Origin: a virus
Lineage: Duplodnaviria > Caudoviricetes
Strand: one strand, 5' to 3'
Virus record (IMG/VR): IMGVR_UViG_3300020161_000151
Location: 1-28,390 of that record
Length of the DNA: 28,390 bases
Shown: positions 7,136 through 17,072 of the stretch, piece by piece
Layout: every line of letters begins with the position of its first letter
Position numbering within the stretch: position 1 is the stretch's first letter
Position numbers and translations under genes: made by a program
The notes under the pieces: generated by a model
Databases searched by the model: none
Seen by the model: the letters and a program-made list of their open reading frames with translations, nothing else
Told to the model about the DNA's origin: nothing

Positions 7136-9517
7136 ATGGCTATTCTTCAAAAACGCACATCAACTAGGAAACTGCCCGAAGCGCGGGGTTTGAGCCGTGC
7201 GCCACTGACGAGCGCCATTCAGGGCAAGCCTGCCGCTAAGAAAGCAATCAATATTAAGCCTTCGCTGAAAGCAGTCCCAGCTAGAAACACTCTATCAACG
7301 CCTAGGATTTCTTCAAGAATTGTTGCGCCAACTGCTACGACAAAAACAACGACTGCAAATGCTAATGTCAGACCTACTACTGCTATTGCTGGGGGTTCTG
7401 GCGGTAGCGGTTCAATGGGTAACGTGCTTGGAAATGCGGCTAAAGGCGCAGTGCTTGGCCTTGGCGCGAGTATGTTGTATGACAAATTAACAGGTAAGCC
7501 AAAAAAAGCAGTTGATGAAAGTGGAAACTTTAACAACTTCCCCGGTGGCTTTGCTGGAGCGCCCCAACCAAAATCTGACAATAAAACTGCTGGAAAACCT
7601 GCTGGAACATCTGTAAAAAAAGACGAAAAACCTGTTTCTACAAAACCGCCAACTTCTGTAATTAAAAAAGATGAAGGTTTAGACAAAGTTGTAGACAAGA
7701 CAAAAACCGAAAAACCCGTTTCTGCAAAACCACCAGCAAAAGCACCCGTAAGTAAAGCGCCAACTTCTCCTACACGAGGAATGGGTTCTCCTACTAGCAA
7801 AATAGAGGAGCCTGAAAAAGACCCCGAAGAGGAAAAAGAAGAAGAGATTCCAGAAGAGGAAATTCCAGAGGAAGAGATTCCTGAAGAGGAGGAGCCTTCT
7901 GAAGAGGAAGAGGAAGAGGAATACGAAGAAGAGGAAGAGTACGAGGAAGAAGAAGAGTACGAAGAGGAAGAGCCTGAATACGAGGAAGAAGAGTACGAAG
8001 AGGAAGAGTACGAAGAGCGCAAGGGCGGCTTGATTTCTATGATGAAACAAGGCGGTGTTCCTCGCTACGCTGACGGGGACGAAGTCGTAGATGAAGAAGA
8101 GGAAGAAGAGGAAGACTCGGACGAAGAGGCTTCATACGATGAAGACTCTGGAGATGATTCAGAAGAGGGAGATTCTGAAGTCGAAGAAGAAGAAGAATCT
8201 GACGAAGATTCTCCTGTAGTTCGGACAAGAAGTTTAGGCCCATCTGCTGGTGGGCCAAAGACAGAAGATGAAGAAGCAGAAGAAAAGTTAACTCAATACA
8301 CCGACAACGGTAACGGCACTGCTAGTTATTGGGATGGTGATGAGTATGTAACTCTTGATTCAGAAACTGGTGAGGAGTTGTATCGCACGGGTGAAGGCGG
8401 TGAAATCATTTCAGGTCAAGAAAACTATGAAAAGCAGATGGAGTATGACGATTACGTTGCGCGAAATGCTGAAAAGCAAACGCAATCTGACGAGTACATG
8501 GAGCGATACAAAAATCCTAGCCAATTAGCGCCATCAACTCCTTCGGGGCCAGACCCAACCGCTTCTAGTTTTATGGATGCCATCACCAACAATTTAGGTG
8601 CGGCTGGTGCAGGCGCCTTGATTGCCTCATTGCTTGGCGGAGATTTTGGCGGTTCTAGCGGTCAAAACCAAGGTGTGGATATGTCCAAGATTGGCGTCCT
8701 GAACCCACGCACAACTGACTTTGGAATTGGCCCAACACGCTATGTAGGCTATGAAGACTACGGCGTTGAGCCTGACTTTGAGTACACGCCTAACGAAGAG
8801 TTGTTGACGAACTTGAACGCACCGGGGTTCAACCCAGTGAACGAGGGCGACTACGGCTACGAAGATGTCGCTGATAACTCAGGGCTTGAGGACATCCAGT
8901 CAGACATGGTAGAAGAGCCTCGCATGGCGTCTGGCGGCTTGTCTGCAATGGGGCCAACATCCCAAACGCACTACACCTTTGGAAAGCCTGCTGATGTGTA
9001 CGCTAACCTCGGATTGCGCGAAGCGCCTATTGCATCGCCTGTAGATGCGCCTAGGCCAATTACGCCTCCACAACAGTCTCAACAAGGTCAACCCCCTCAA
9101 GGAGGTTTGCCTAAGCCCCCAATGGGCGGTATGCCTCCCCAAGGGATGCCACAAGGCTCTCCCCAAGGCATGACCCCAGCGATGCCTGCGCAAATGCCTC
9201 CAGCGATGCGTAAGGGTGGTTTGCCACACGCCTCTAACGTGCCTATGGTGGATGGTCGCTATGACTTCCGCAACGGCTCGGCTGTGCATGGTGAGGGTGA
9301 TGGACAGTCGGACGACATCCCTGCGATGTTGGCTGATGGTGAATACGTCATTGACGCTGAGACCGTGGCACAGATTGGCAACGGTTCAACAAAGGCTGGC
9401 GCACAAGCACTGGACAAGTTCCGCGAAAGCATCCGCGCCCACAAGCGCTCTGCCCCGCTCAACAAGATTCCACCTAAGACTAAGGTGCTTACCTCATACC
9501 TCAAAGGAGCAAAATAA
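7136..9517 (+). CDS. Putative internal virion protein with poly-Glu tract and C-terminal 'GDGQSDDIPAMLADGEYV' domain
   Basis: Basic N-terminus, very acidic middle, Pro/Gln/Met-rich segment. The C-terminal motif resembles the 'GPGTGTSDSIPAMLSNGEFV' motif of tape-measure/ejection proteins. Confidence 0.65.
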   Translation: MAILQKRTSTRKLPEARGLSRAPLTSAIQGKPAAKKAINIKPSLKAVPARNTLSTPRISSRIVAPTATTKTTTANANVRPTTAIAGGSGGSGSMGNVLGNAAKGAVLGLGASMLYDKLTGKPKKAVDESGNFNNFPGGFAGAPQPKSDNKTAGKPAGTSVKKDEKPVSTKPPTSVIKKDEGLDKVVDKTKTEKPVSAKPPAKAPVSKAPTSPTRGMGSPTSKIEEPEKDPEEEKEEEIPEEEIPEEEIPEEEEPSEEEEEEEYEEEEEYEEEEEYEEEEPEYEEEEYEEEEYEERKGGLISMMKQGGVPRYADGDEVVDEEEEEEEDSDEEASYDEDSGDDSEEGDSEVEEEEESDEDSPVVRTRSLGPSAGGPKTEDEEAEEKLTQYTDNGNGTASYWDGDEYVTLDSETGEELYRTGEGGEIISGQENYEKQMEYDDYVARNAEKQTQSDEYMERYKNPSQLAPSTPSGPDPTASSFMDAITNNLGAAGAGALIASLLGGDFGGSSGQNQGVDMSKIGVLNPRTTDFGIGPTRYVGYEDYGVEPDFEYTPNEELLTNLNAPGFNPVNEGDYGYEDVADNSGLEDIQSDMVEEPRMASGGLSAMGPTSQTHYTFGKPADVYANLGLREAPIASPVDAPRPITPPQQSQQGQPPQGGLPKPPMGGMPPQGMPQGSPQGMTPAMPAQMPPAMRKGGLPHASNVPMVDGRYDFRNGSAVHGEGDGQSDDIPAMLADGEYVIDAETVAQIGNGSTKAGAQALDKFRESIRAHKRSAPLNKIPPKTKVLTSYLKGAK
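7805..8210 (+). repeat. Purine-rich low-complexity repeats encoding EEEIP x3, (E)nY repeats and poly-E/D
   Basis: Tandem GAA/GAG codons read directly, e.g. 7838-7882 and 7901-8017. Confidence 0.9.
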
Positions 9518-10500
9518 TGGCTGGATTATTTCAAGGTCTGCCCAATCCCGCGACCGTTAAAACGGCGGAGATGCAACAGACGGCTCCCGAGTTTTACACA
9601 AATTATCTTCAAGACATTGCAAACTTAGGCCAGAACGCCATCCAACAGGGTGGTGTGGCTGGCTTCAGTCCTTTGCAACAGCAAGCCTTCCAAATGGCTC
9701 CAGACATCGCGTTTGCGGGTCAGGGTAGTTTGGGTGCGGCTTCTCAATTGATGGGTCAGGCGGGCGCTACAACCGTCCCTGACGTCATTGGCGACTACAT
9801 GAACCCCTACACCTCTGGTGTGGTGGATGAGATGGGTCGATTGACTCAGCGCAACGTACAAGAAAACATATTGCCTAACCTTGGCGCAGGTGCTGTAGGT
9901 TCTGGTCAGTTTGGCTCACGTCGTCAACAGCAATTGACTGGACAAACTTTGCGTGACATTCAGTCTGACTTGGCTGGCAGGCAAGGCCAAGTGCTTCAGC
10001 AGGGTTATAACACTGCGGCAACCACCGCGCAGGCTGACTTGCAACGTGCTTTGCAGGCAGGTCAAGGTTTTACTAATCTGGGCCAAGAGCAAATGCAACT
10101 TGGTCAGGGCGGTTTGAAGACTTTGTTTGACCTTGGTAGCGCCCAGCAAAAGCAGGGTCAGGCTTTGCTTGACTATCCAATGGCACAGACTCAGCAGTTT
10201 GCCCAACTTCTTAGGGGGCAAAATATTCCTACAGGAAGCACCACGCAAACTACAGGCTCCGAGGGATACCAAAACAGTCCGCTGTCTCAGATTGGTGGCT
10301 TGGCAACATTGCTTAACGCTTTGTTCCCCGGTGGCAAAAAGCCAGCAGGCAAAGCTGGCGGTTCTGTGCAAAACGGCGTTATCAAAAAAGCCCGAGGTGG
10401 CGGGGTTCGTCTTGCCGATGGCGGAATGGCTCCAGCAGGTTCAGAATATCACGATGGCAAAGGTAATTTTTACGATGCCAACGGCTACTTAGTGGAGTAA
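9517..10500 (+). CDS. DNA ejection / pilot-type protein
   Basis: Gln/Gly/Ala-rich with 'YMNPY' and 'GQFGSRRQQ', a pattern typical of podovirus DNA-transfer proteins. TAATG overlap with the upstream gene. Confidence 0.6.
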   Translation: MAGLFQGLPNPATVKTAEMQQTAPEFYTNYLQDIANLGQNAIQQGGVAGFSPLQQQAFQMAPDIAFAGQGSLGAASQLMGQAGATTVPDVIGDYMNPYTSGVVDEMGRLTQRNVQENILPNLGAGAVGSGQFGSRRQQQLTGQTLRDIQSDLAGRQGQVLQQGYNTAATTAQADLQRALQAGQGFTNLGQEQMQLGQGGLKTLFDLGSAQQKQGQALLDYPMAQTQQFAQLLRGQNIPTGSTTQTTGSEGYQNSPLSQIGGLATLLNALFPGGKKPAGKAGGSVQNGVIKKARGGGVRLADGGMAPAGSEYHDGKGNFYDANGYLVE

Positions 10501-10504
10501 AAAA

Positions 10505-12346
10505 ATGGCAACAGCACCACAAGGTGGTTTGGGTCAGGCATCCGCCGCTCAAGCAAAACCGCCTACACCTCAACCTGCTGGTGGTAAAGCGCCAGCATTT
10601 GATGTGAGTACAGCGGCGGCGGAGCATTTTGAAAAACAATCAGAGACGCCTGCTCAGGACTATGCAACCCGTGCTTTAGAAGAGCGCCGCAAGCAAAGCC
10701 AACTTTTAAACTCTCAAATTGAGATGCTCAAGAAAAATCTTGAAGAGAGAATGACTCCTCGGTTTGACCCCATGATGCTAAAAATATCAGCAGGGTTGTT
10801 GAGGCCAACGAAGACTGGCTCATTCGGTGAGTCATTGGGTTACGCCGCAGAAGGTGCGGCAGAAGAGTCTGAGAAGCAACTTGCACGCAACGCTCAAATC
10901 GACAAAATGAAAATGGAGTTGATGGAGAAGCAACAAGGCATGAATCAACAAAACCTAATTGCCGACTATCACGCAAGTCGATTGGGCATTACGCCTCAAG
11001 GTGTGAAGCCTAGTGGCGCTCCTGCTGGTGGCGCTAGTGTTTTGCCTACTGGCGCTCCTTCTGACGCCCCCGCTGGCGCATTTGCGGGCGCTACACCTAG
11101 CGCATTGCAATATAAGTCTGGACAAATGCCCCCTAGCGGCGCACCTGCTGGTCGTGTTGGCCCAACTGGTGGCGCAATGGAAATGCGACCAATTACAGAT
11201 AGAGATATTGCGGAAGCAAACTTTATTGACCCAACTGGAAAGTTGGCAAAAGACTTGGCAGAACAAGCCAAACTCCAGCGCGAAGACATCATAATGATTG
11301 ATGGTAGGCCATACCAAAAAAGTACAAAAACTTTCTTGGAAGGTAACCCTGACACTATTGTTGAGCGCAATTTTGGTCGTTACGTTGGAACTATGAAAGT
11401 ACCTTTGTGGTTTGCCAAGCAATACGACGCCGTTAAGGACGAAGCCCAAGCGACAAACAACCCAGAGTTGGTGTTTGAGTTCCTCAGAAAGAACGATATG
11501 TTGGAGCCTTCCAGCAAAAAAGATGCGTCTGGCAAGCCTGCATACAAATCGTTAGAAGAGAAAAAACGTGAAGACGAAATAATTCAAGAGCGCCTCAAAG
11601 CACAAGTTAATGAGGAAAAAGGCGCAATCACCATGTTGGAGACAAATGCAAGGCTTGGACGTGATACGGTCAACATTGCAAAAGACATTCGCGCAACAGC
11701 AGAAGCAAACAAAACGGCGTTTGACTTACTGAACAACGAAGGCATTGCGGACGCGGTCAAACGTGCCGCACAACGAGGTATTACTGCTGGAAGTATAGGA
11801 AACTTCAGCATTCCTGCGGCTGAGTTGGAGTCCTACAAATTGTCTAAAGACGACCGTCAAGCGTTGCAACTGTTGGCGCAGAAGATGTCGCAGTTGACGG
11901 TGCAGTTCCGTAAGTCTGCACGCGCCCCCGGCGAGGGAGCCACCACCGAGAGCGAAGGCCGACTCTATGCAGAGTTGGGTGCGTTGCCAAGCGACACCGC
12001 GGCAGTCATTCGCCTCAAGATGGAGGCTTTAGAAGAGAAGGCCAAGTTTGACCAAGCCGTGTTCCGTGCATGGTCTAAGTTCAGCAAAAACCCCGCAAAC
12101 AGTTACCGCGACTTTTTGACCTCTGGCTACGAAGAGGGAAGCGAACTCAACAACATCATGGAAAGTTACGACGCTCGACTAGAAAGAATTCGTCGTGCAA
12201 ACGCCGATGCGTTCCGCACTACGCCAAAGGCCGCCGCGCCTACTGCCCCAAGTCCCGCGGCTCCCGCAGGGCCAGCATCGCAGGCTCCTAAAGGCGAGAC
12301 GTATTCTGAGCGCTTAAAACGGTTACAAGGAAAGAGCGGTGGTTAA
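10505..12346 (+). CDS. Putative DNA ejection protein
   Basis: 613 aa, helical/coiled-coil composition, 'GLLRPTKTGSFGESLGYAA'. Within the internal-protein cluster. Confidence 0.55.
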   Translation: MATAPQGGLGQASAAQAKPPTPQPAGGKAPAFDVSTAAAEHFEKQSETPAQDYATRALEERRKQSQLLNSQIEMLKKNLEERMTPRFDPMMLKISAGLLRPTKTGSFGESLGYAAEGAAEESEKQLARNAQIDKMKMELMEKQQGMNQQNLIADYHASRLGITPQGVKPSGAPAGGASVLPTGAPSDAPAGAFAGATPSALQYKSGQMPPSGAPAGRVGPTGGAMEMRPITDRDIAEANFIDPTGKLAKDLAEQAKLQREDIIMIDGRPYQKSTKTFLEGNPDTIVERNFGRYVGTMKVPLWFAKQYDAVKDEAQATNNPELVFEFLRKNDMLEPSSKKDASGKPAYKSLEEKKREDEIIQERLKAQVNEEKGAITMLETNARLGRDTVNIAKDIRATAEANKTAFDLLNNEGIADAVKRAAQRGITAGSIGNFSIPAAELESYKLSKDDRQALQLLAQKMSQLTVQFRKSARAPGEGATTESEGRLYAELGALPSDTAAVIRLKMEALEEKAKFDQAVFRAWSKFSKNPANSYRDFLTSGYEEGSELNNIMESYDARLERIRRANADAFRTTPKAAAPTAPSPAAPAGPASQAPKGETYSERLKRLQGKSGG

Positions 12347-12348
12347 TC

Positions 12349-14295
12349 ATGGATGAGAAAAGATTTAACGCTCTTTCAAAGCCTCAACAAGATGTGGTGA
12401 TTAAGATTGCCGCGGAGGCGGAGCGCCAAGGCGTGAACCCTGCGTTTGCAATTGCAATTGCTGAGGCGGAGACAAGGGGCAGGTTCAATCACTACGACGG
12501 AGACAAGGTTACAACCTCTTCCGCTGGAGCAAAAGGTCTCATGCAAATTATGCCTGACACCGCTCGGCTGTACAACAAAAAATACGGCATCAACATTGAC
12601 CCCGAAAATGAGGACAGCAACATCATGGGTGGTGTCACCATCCTAAAAGACTTGCTGACCACCTACAAAAATCCACGCAAGGCTGTGGCTTTATACAACG
12701 CCAGTCCCAAGGCGAATGCAACTTTCTTGAAGTTGTATGACACCGACCCAGACGCGGCAATCATGTCTTTGCCCAAGGAGACTCGCGATTATTCTTTGCG
12801 TGTGTCCCAAAACTTCAACTTAGATGACGACAAAGAGACTGGGCTTATCAACCCTATTCAGGGGACTGCCCCAGACGAGTCAGAGACCGAAGGCGAAAGG
12901 ATTAAGCGTGAGGGTTTATCCATTGACCCTAACGCAACAACGGAGCCAGTAGACGACTCCATGCTTGGAAAAGCAAAACAACTTTATAAAGAAAACGTAG
13001 ATAACAATTTGGTTTTGGCTGGACTTGGTGGTGCGGGTAAGGGTTATGTAGAAAAAGTATTGACAGACCCTAGTTTAAATGTGTTTGGCCCAGACGAAAG
13101 AACGCCAGCCGAAGTTCGTTCTGCCAATGACAAATTTAAAAATGCGCAAACTAATTTAAATTCACTTGCTGAAGAGATAGAAAACAGAAAAGCCAGTGGC
13201 GCGTCTATCCAAGATTTAGAGCAAGAGTTGCGGATGAAACAAAATGCCGCAAGACAAGCACAGCAAGAACTTCAGATGGCAACGCAAGAGGCAAAGAAAA
13301 TAAGCGGTGCGCCAATGCCAGTGGTTGAGCCTGCGCCAATTGTTGAGGCGGAGCCTCGCGCTGGTCGAGCAAGTGGCCCAAAGATAGAAAACGATTCAGG
13401 CACAAGAAATTGGATGATTCAGGAGGCTGGTCAAAAGCATCAGTTGCCTGAAGCCATTCTTGATTTAGCCACAGACAAAACAAAAGACAGCCCAACGGGT
13501 GGCAAGGCTTTAATTAACAAAGACCTTGCAAACCTAGAAAAAATCAAACAGCTTGGCATGGGTGAGTCCAAGCTGACAACCACACCAAGTGGCGTTCAAC
13601 TTCAATTGCCTGCTAATGTAGCGTCTAGTTTTGAGTCTGAACTTGCGCAGAGGCAGGAGGCAGATAGGTTGGCGCAGGAGAAAGTTGCCAGAGCCAATGA
13701 GAGCCAGCGTCTGGCTCAAGAGCAACAGCTACAGCAACAGCGACAACAGGCAGAACAAAAAACCAATATTAAGCGCAATCAAAAAATTACTTTAGGCGAA
13801 GAGGCCGCTGAGGCCAAGCGCTTGAGAAATGCAGAATTGCAAAAACTTGCCAGTGAAGAGAAGGCTTTGTCAAAAGCAAATATTGGTTTGCGTACTGCCG
13901 CACAAACGGCTCAAGACGTAGAGGCCGCACAACCCTCTGCATGGAAGATTGCAACCCGAGAGGCTGGTCGTAAGTTATCTGAGAGGGCGCCAATGATTGG
14001 CAACGCCTTGGGTGCTGTTGGCGCTACTATGTCAATTGATGAGGCTTTAAAGCGATTCAACGAAGGGGACACATCTGGTGGCGTTATAAACACGTTAGAG
14101 GCTGGTTTAAACCTCGCGTCAATGGCTACGCCTACTTCACCTATTTCTTTGATGATAAAGGGCGTAGGGGCCGTTGGAAGCCTTGCAATAATTCCCGCTG
14201 GACTTCTTCACGATTACATCAAAGGTGTTGGCAGTTTTGCAAAAACAAAAAACCCACCCCAAAAAGCAAGGGGTGGGCTAACGCTGATGCGATGA
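12349..14295 (+). CDS. Virion-associated lytic transglycosylase (SLT domain) ejection protein
   Basis: SLT motifs 'AIAEAET' (catalytic Glu), 'SSAGAKGLMQIMPDTA', 'NIMGGVTIL', 'AVALYNA'. Followed by coiled coil and a hydrophobic C-terminus. Confidence 0.88.
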   Translation: MDEKRFNALSKPQQDVVIKIAAEAERQGVNPAFAIAIAEAETRGRFNHYDGDKVTTSSAGAKGLMQIMPDTARLYNKKYGINIDPENEDSNIMGGVTILKDLLTTYKNPRKAVALYNASPKANATFLKLYDTDPDAAIMSLPKETRDYSLRVSQNFNLDDDKETGLINPIQGTAPDESETEGERIKREGLSIDPNATTEPVDDSMLGKAKQLYKENVDNNLVLAGLGGAGKGYVEKVLTDPSLNVFGPDERTPAEVRSANDKFKNAQTNLNSLAEEIENRKASGASIQDLEQELRMKQNAARQAQQELQMATQEAKKISGAPMPVVEPAPIVEAEPRAGRASGPKIENDSGTRNWMIQEAGQKHQLPEAILDLATDKTKDSPTGGKALINKDLANLEKIKQLGMGESKLTTTPSGVQLQLPANVASSFESELAQRQEADRLAQEKVARANESQRLAQEQQLQQQRQQAEQKTNIKRNQKITLGEEAAEAKRLRNAELQKLASEEKALSKANIGLRTAAQTAQDVEAAQPSAWKIATREAGRKLSERAPMIGNALGAVGATMSIDEALKRFNEGDTSGGVINTLEAGLNLASMATPTSPISLMIKGVGAVGSLAIIPAGLLHDYIKGVGSFAKTKNPPQKARGGLTLMR

Positions 14296-14324
14296 TTTCA
14301 GGAGCAGTTGCCACTCTCCTCTTT

Positions 14325-14350
14325 GCCCCCCTTCGGGGGGGCTTTTTTTT
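14325..14350 (+). terminator. Rho-independent terminator ending the virion operon
   Basis: GCCCCCC-TTCG-GGGGGGC followed by T8, between convergent operons. Confidence 0.92.
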
Positions 14351-14528
14351 ATCCTCCGACCAATTTTAAAAATTCTGGGTCAACTTTTCGCCTCAGTAAA
14401 TTACAGTCTCGAATTACAAGCGATGCCAATGATTTTGCATCTTTGTGTACTTTTTTGTCTTCTCTTACATCCCTACAAGATTGAATTATTTGTTTGAGAT
14501 GTTCAATGACTTCTTCGTTCGTGTTCAT
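14349..14528 (-). CDS. Hypothetical protein (59 aa, absent from the ORF track)
   Basis: MNTNEEVIEHLKQII...LVGG*. ATGA overlap with the upstream gene; stop lies in the terminator T-tract. Confidence 0.6.
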   Translation of the reverse strand: MNTNEEVIEHLKQIIQSCRDVREDKKVHKDAKSLASLVIRDCNLLRRKVDPEFLKLVGG

Positions 14529-14710
14529 GCGTTTCCTTCGGTAAACATTAACAGTATTTGGGTCTGCTTCATTTGTTCTTCCGCCTGCTCGATGCCATCA
14601 TCAAACCCTTGTTGGTACGCCTCAAGGCAAGCAAAGGCCAGAGTTGCCTCTGGGTCTCTACTGCCCTCTTCGTATTTTTTTGCCAAGTGCGTGATGAGGC
14701 TGATGTCCAT
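14525..14710 (-). CDS. Hypothetical protein
   Basis: 61 aa, tightly packed in the leftward operon, 'AYQQGFDDG' phage-type motif. Confidence 0.7.
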   Translation of the reverse strand: MDISLITHLAKKYEEGSRDPEATLAFACLEAYQQGFDDGIEQAEEQMKQTQILLMFTEGNA

Positions 14711-14712
14711 AA

Positions 14713-14934
14713 TTATTCAGGTCGTTGGTTTTCCAATGCTTCGCCTACGTTGCGGTTCATGTCCTTCACAATTTCCACGCAACGAGCGTGTTCTTTGCGG
14801 GCGCACTCTACTGCGACGTATGCCTCAATGTTATGGGCAAACTGAACAATATCAACCTCATCCGCAATGAGTGGGTCTTTGCGGGGTCGGTCGCTTTGAA
14901 AGAAGATTTGTTTGACGGTTTCTTCACTTAACAT
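14713..14934 (-). CDS. Hypothetical protein
   Basis: 73 aa with an AAGGAG Shine-Dalgarno upstream. Confidence 0.75.
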   Translation of the reverse strand: MLSEETVKQIFFQSDRPRKDPLIADEVDIVQFAHNIEAYVAVECARKEHARCVEIVKDMNRNVGEALENQRPE

Positions 14935-14943
14935 TTTTACTCC

Positions 14944-15714
14944 TTACTTGTGTGAATTTTTGAGTTGCCAGAATGACAAGAGATGGCAGAACATCTCCCA
15001 GCCGCGGTCGAGGTCTTCCGCGCTCCACTCACGCACCACGATGAGGTTGGGTACGTTACGGGAGACAAAGACGTTCGCACAGCGTGCTTGGGGGATGCCT
15101 AGACCAACTCGATATGCCGCGAGTTGCATGAGGTGTTCATCGTATCCATCGACCTTTGCGGGGTCGGTGAATTCTTTGGTCTTGATGTCAACAACGGCAT
15201 TGAGGGAGCCAGCGCAAAATAAATCGCACTTACCTCCAAAACCCGCTTCGTGTGCGAATGAACGCTCGGAAATCCAGACGGCTTCCCCGAAGTGGTCTTT
15301 GATTGCTGTGACGCAGGCTGTAACACTCTCTTGGTGCTTTCCTGTTGGTCTGTCTTCATAGTGTCCTTGAATAGATGCATGGATGTCAGTTCCCGCATCC
15401 GCCGCCGAGCGACCCTGTTCTTTCGAGTCATTTATTATTCGGTCGATGTACTCTTTTTCAGGTTCGTCGGGGCGGCGGGGAAGGGTAAGCGCGGCAAGCA
15501 ATACTTGTTGCTGTAGCCACGCAGTCAGGGCAGGTTTTGCCGCGACATTGAGGACGGTAGTTACCGAGGGAACTAAATTCATTACGCGGGCATCACGCAA
15601 GGTAGTGTTGCGCTGTCCGCCTTTTTTGGCCTCAACGGTGTATTGTGGCACACCGTCGCGGGTGTACCAGTGATTTGATTCACTAGCGCGTACCGCTGGA
15701 GTCGTTGTTGTCAT
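14944..15714 (-). CDS. PD-(D/E)XK exonuclease (RecB/Cas4-like phage exonuclease)
   Basis: 'PSVTTVL', 'GTDIH', 'GGKCDLF', 'VVDIKTK', 'QLAAY' motifs. Confidence 0.85.
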   Translation of the reverse strand: MTTTTPAVRASESNHWYTRDGVPQYTVEAKKGGQRNTTLRDARVMNLVPSVTTVLNVAAKPALTAWLQQQVLLAALTLPRRPDEPEKEYIDRIINDSKEQGRSAADAGTDIHASIQGHYEDRPTGKHQESVTACVTAIKDHFGEAVWISERSFAHEAGFGGKCDLFCAGSLNAVVDIKTKEFTDPAKVDGYDEHLMQLAAYRVGLGIPQARCANVFVSRNVPNLIVVREWSAEDLDRGWEMFCHLLSFWQLKNSHK

Positions 15715-15722
15715 ATCTTTCC

Positions 15723-16100
15723 TTATTGAAATTCTTGGGCATCAGCCCAGTTGTACCAGCGCGTGACAAATTTCTTGAGGTCATCAAAAGACTTGCCGCG
15801 CACCCTGAAGCGTCCGTCTGAGCAGAGTTGCTCGAACTTCTCGACCACCGTCTCGCCATCCGTGTTGCCTTGGATGATGACGACGGTGAACTGGGGTTGC
15901 CTTGCCAGATTGCGCAGTAACAACCCCTGCCCTTGGCTCATGCCTTCACCTTCGCGCTTCCACTCACCGACAAAGAATTTGCACTTGCGCTCAAAGACCA
16001 TGTCGATGTTGCAGGGCGTCGCCTTTGGGTTGGTCTCAATCAGTCCCTTGAACTGAAAGAAGTCAACGTGCGTCGCGTGTTGGTTACGCATCAGCCTCAT
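15723..16100 (-). CDS. Putative PD-(D/E)XK-fold nuclease
   Basis: 'NIDMVFERKCKFFVGEWKR...SQGQ' matches D...ExK spacing. Confidence 0.55.
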   Translation of the reverse strand: MRLMRNQHATHVDFFQFKGLIETNPKATPCNIDMVFERKCKFFVGEWKREGEGMSQGQGLLLRNLARQPQFTVVIIQGNTDGETVVEKFEQLCSDGRFRVRGKSFDDLKKFVTRWYNWADAQEFQ

Positions 16101-16102
16101 GG

Positions 16103-16744
16103 TCAGAAGGGGATGTCCGAGTCCATGTCATCAAAGCCACTAGAAGCGGCTTTAGCGGGAGCGCCTGAATTGTGACGCGCCTGCCACTCAGGTGAGCCTT
16201 GTATTTTCTGCTTCAGGTTGTCGCTAAAGGTCTCGAACATCTCGTGGTCTGGGTTCTCAATCTCAAACAAGCCAACCTTGTTGAAACCTTGAGGTAGGCT
16301 TGCCTTCATCGAGGATGGCACGGCGTTGATGGTGGCAATGTTGGTGTACTCTTTGCCGTTGTTTCCCATCGCCTTGATGACCGAAATCATTGCCCATGCG
16401 CCAAGCACGTTCTTGAGTTCAAAGCCATTGAGTTCTGCCTGCGTGAACTCGCGTCCGCGCCATGTCTGCAAGTCCTTGCGCAGTGTGGCTTTCTCAGCCA
16501 GTGACAGCGTGAAGTTCTTGCTGATGGACATAGGCTCACCTTTGTTTGTCAAGATGGGCTTGTCGTTGTCGTCGTTGCCGTGTACCTCGAACTGCAACAT
16601 GACCTTGGGCAGGTGCTTGACCGTGCCTTGGTACTCTGTCTTCTGAGTTCCCAAGTCAACCACGCGGTAGCACCGTGCAAGGTGCATCCCTTGGGGGACG
16701 GGGGTAAAGTTGCTTTCGCCTGCGGCTTTCGCTGTTAGTGCCAT
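16103..16744 (-). CDS. Phage ssDNA-binding-like protein with SSB-type acidic tail
   Basis: Likely start ATG 16744 (GGAG upstream, TAATG overlap). 'VPQGMHLARCYRVVDLGTQ' N-terminus; C-terminus 'DDMDSDIPF' like the bacterial SSB tail. Confidence 0.7.
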   Translation of the reverse strand: MALTAKAAGESNFTPVPQGMHLARCYRVVDLGTQKTEYQGTVKHLPKVMLQFEVHGNDDNDKPILTNKGEPMSISKNFTLSLAEKATLRKDLQTWRGREFTQAELNGFELKNVLGAWAMISVIKAMGNNGKEYTNIATINAVPSSMKASLPQGFNKVGLFEIENPDHEMFETFSDNLKQKIQGSPEWQARHNSGAPAKAASSGFDDMDSDIPF

Positions 16745-16929
16745 TATTCGCTCCTGATGGATAAAGTTTCTAGGGTGACAATTGGACGCTTGGACAGCCC
16801 GCATTCAATGCGAATCGTGTTCCAGTCGTCCTCGGTAGCAACGCCTGACTTAGCCCTATCAAGAGCCTCCTCAAGCATTTGCATTCTTTCCTGCATCATC
16901 TGATGCATCTCGGCTTGTGCGTCGTCCAT
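16744..16929 (-). CDS. Hypothetical protein
   Basis: MDDAQAEMHQMMQERMQMLEEAL...; GAGG upstream and TAATG overlap with the preceding small gene. Confidence 0.7.
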   Translation of the reverse strand: MDDAQAEMHQMMQERMQMLEEALDRAKSGVATEDDWNTIRIECGLSKRPIVTLETLSIRSE

Positions 16930-17072
16930 TACCACCTCACGCAGGTAGCAATGATGATTGCCCACACGATGACCCAAGGCAGGGCGTACTTCCATGTGGG
17001 GGCGCGGTTGTCTTTTTTGTTCAGGAGTGCTTCCTGAATCAAGTCCATGTCGTCTTCTTTGTAGTGTTTCAT
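16929..17072 (-). CDS. Small membrane protein (47 aa, absent from the ORF track)
   Basis: MKHYKEDDMDLIQEALLNKKDNRAPTWKYALPWVIVWAIIIATCVRW*. C-terminal hydrophobic helix; first gene after the leftward promoter. Confidence 0.65.
   Translation of the reverse strand: MKHYKEDDMDLIQEALLNKKDNRAPTWKYALPWVIVWAIIIATCVRW

Noticed and set aside
7219-8022. 267-aa Ser-rich minus-strand ORF (and 7679-8050 Phe/Leu-rich ORF)
   Set aside because: Antisense shadows of the GAA/GAG repeat in the + strand gene.
14944-15714. Cas4 / CRISPR association
   Set aside because: No four-Cys Fe-S pattern recognised, no array or other cas genes; the context is a standard exonuclease-SSB recombination operon.
14445-16646. 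Plus-strand ORFs over the leftward operon
   Set aside because: Antisense to motif-bearing, tightly packed minus-strand genes.
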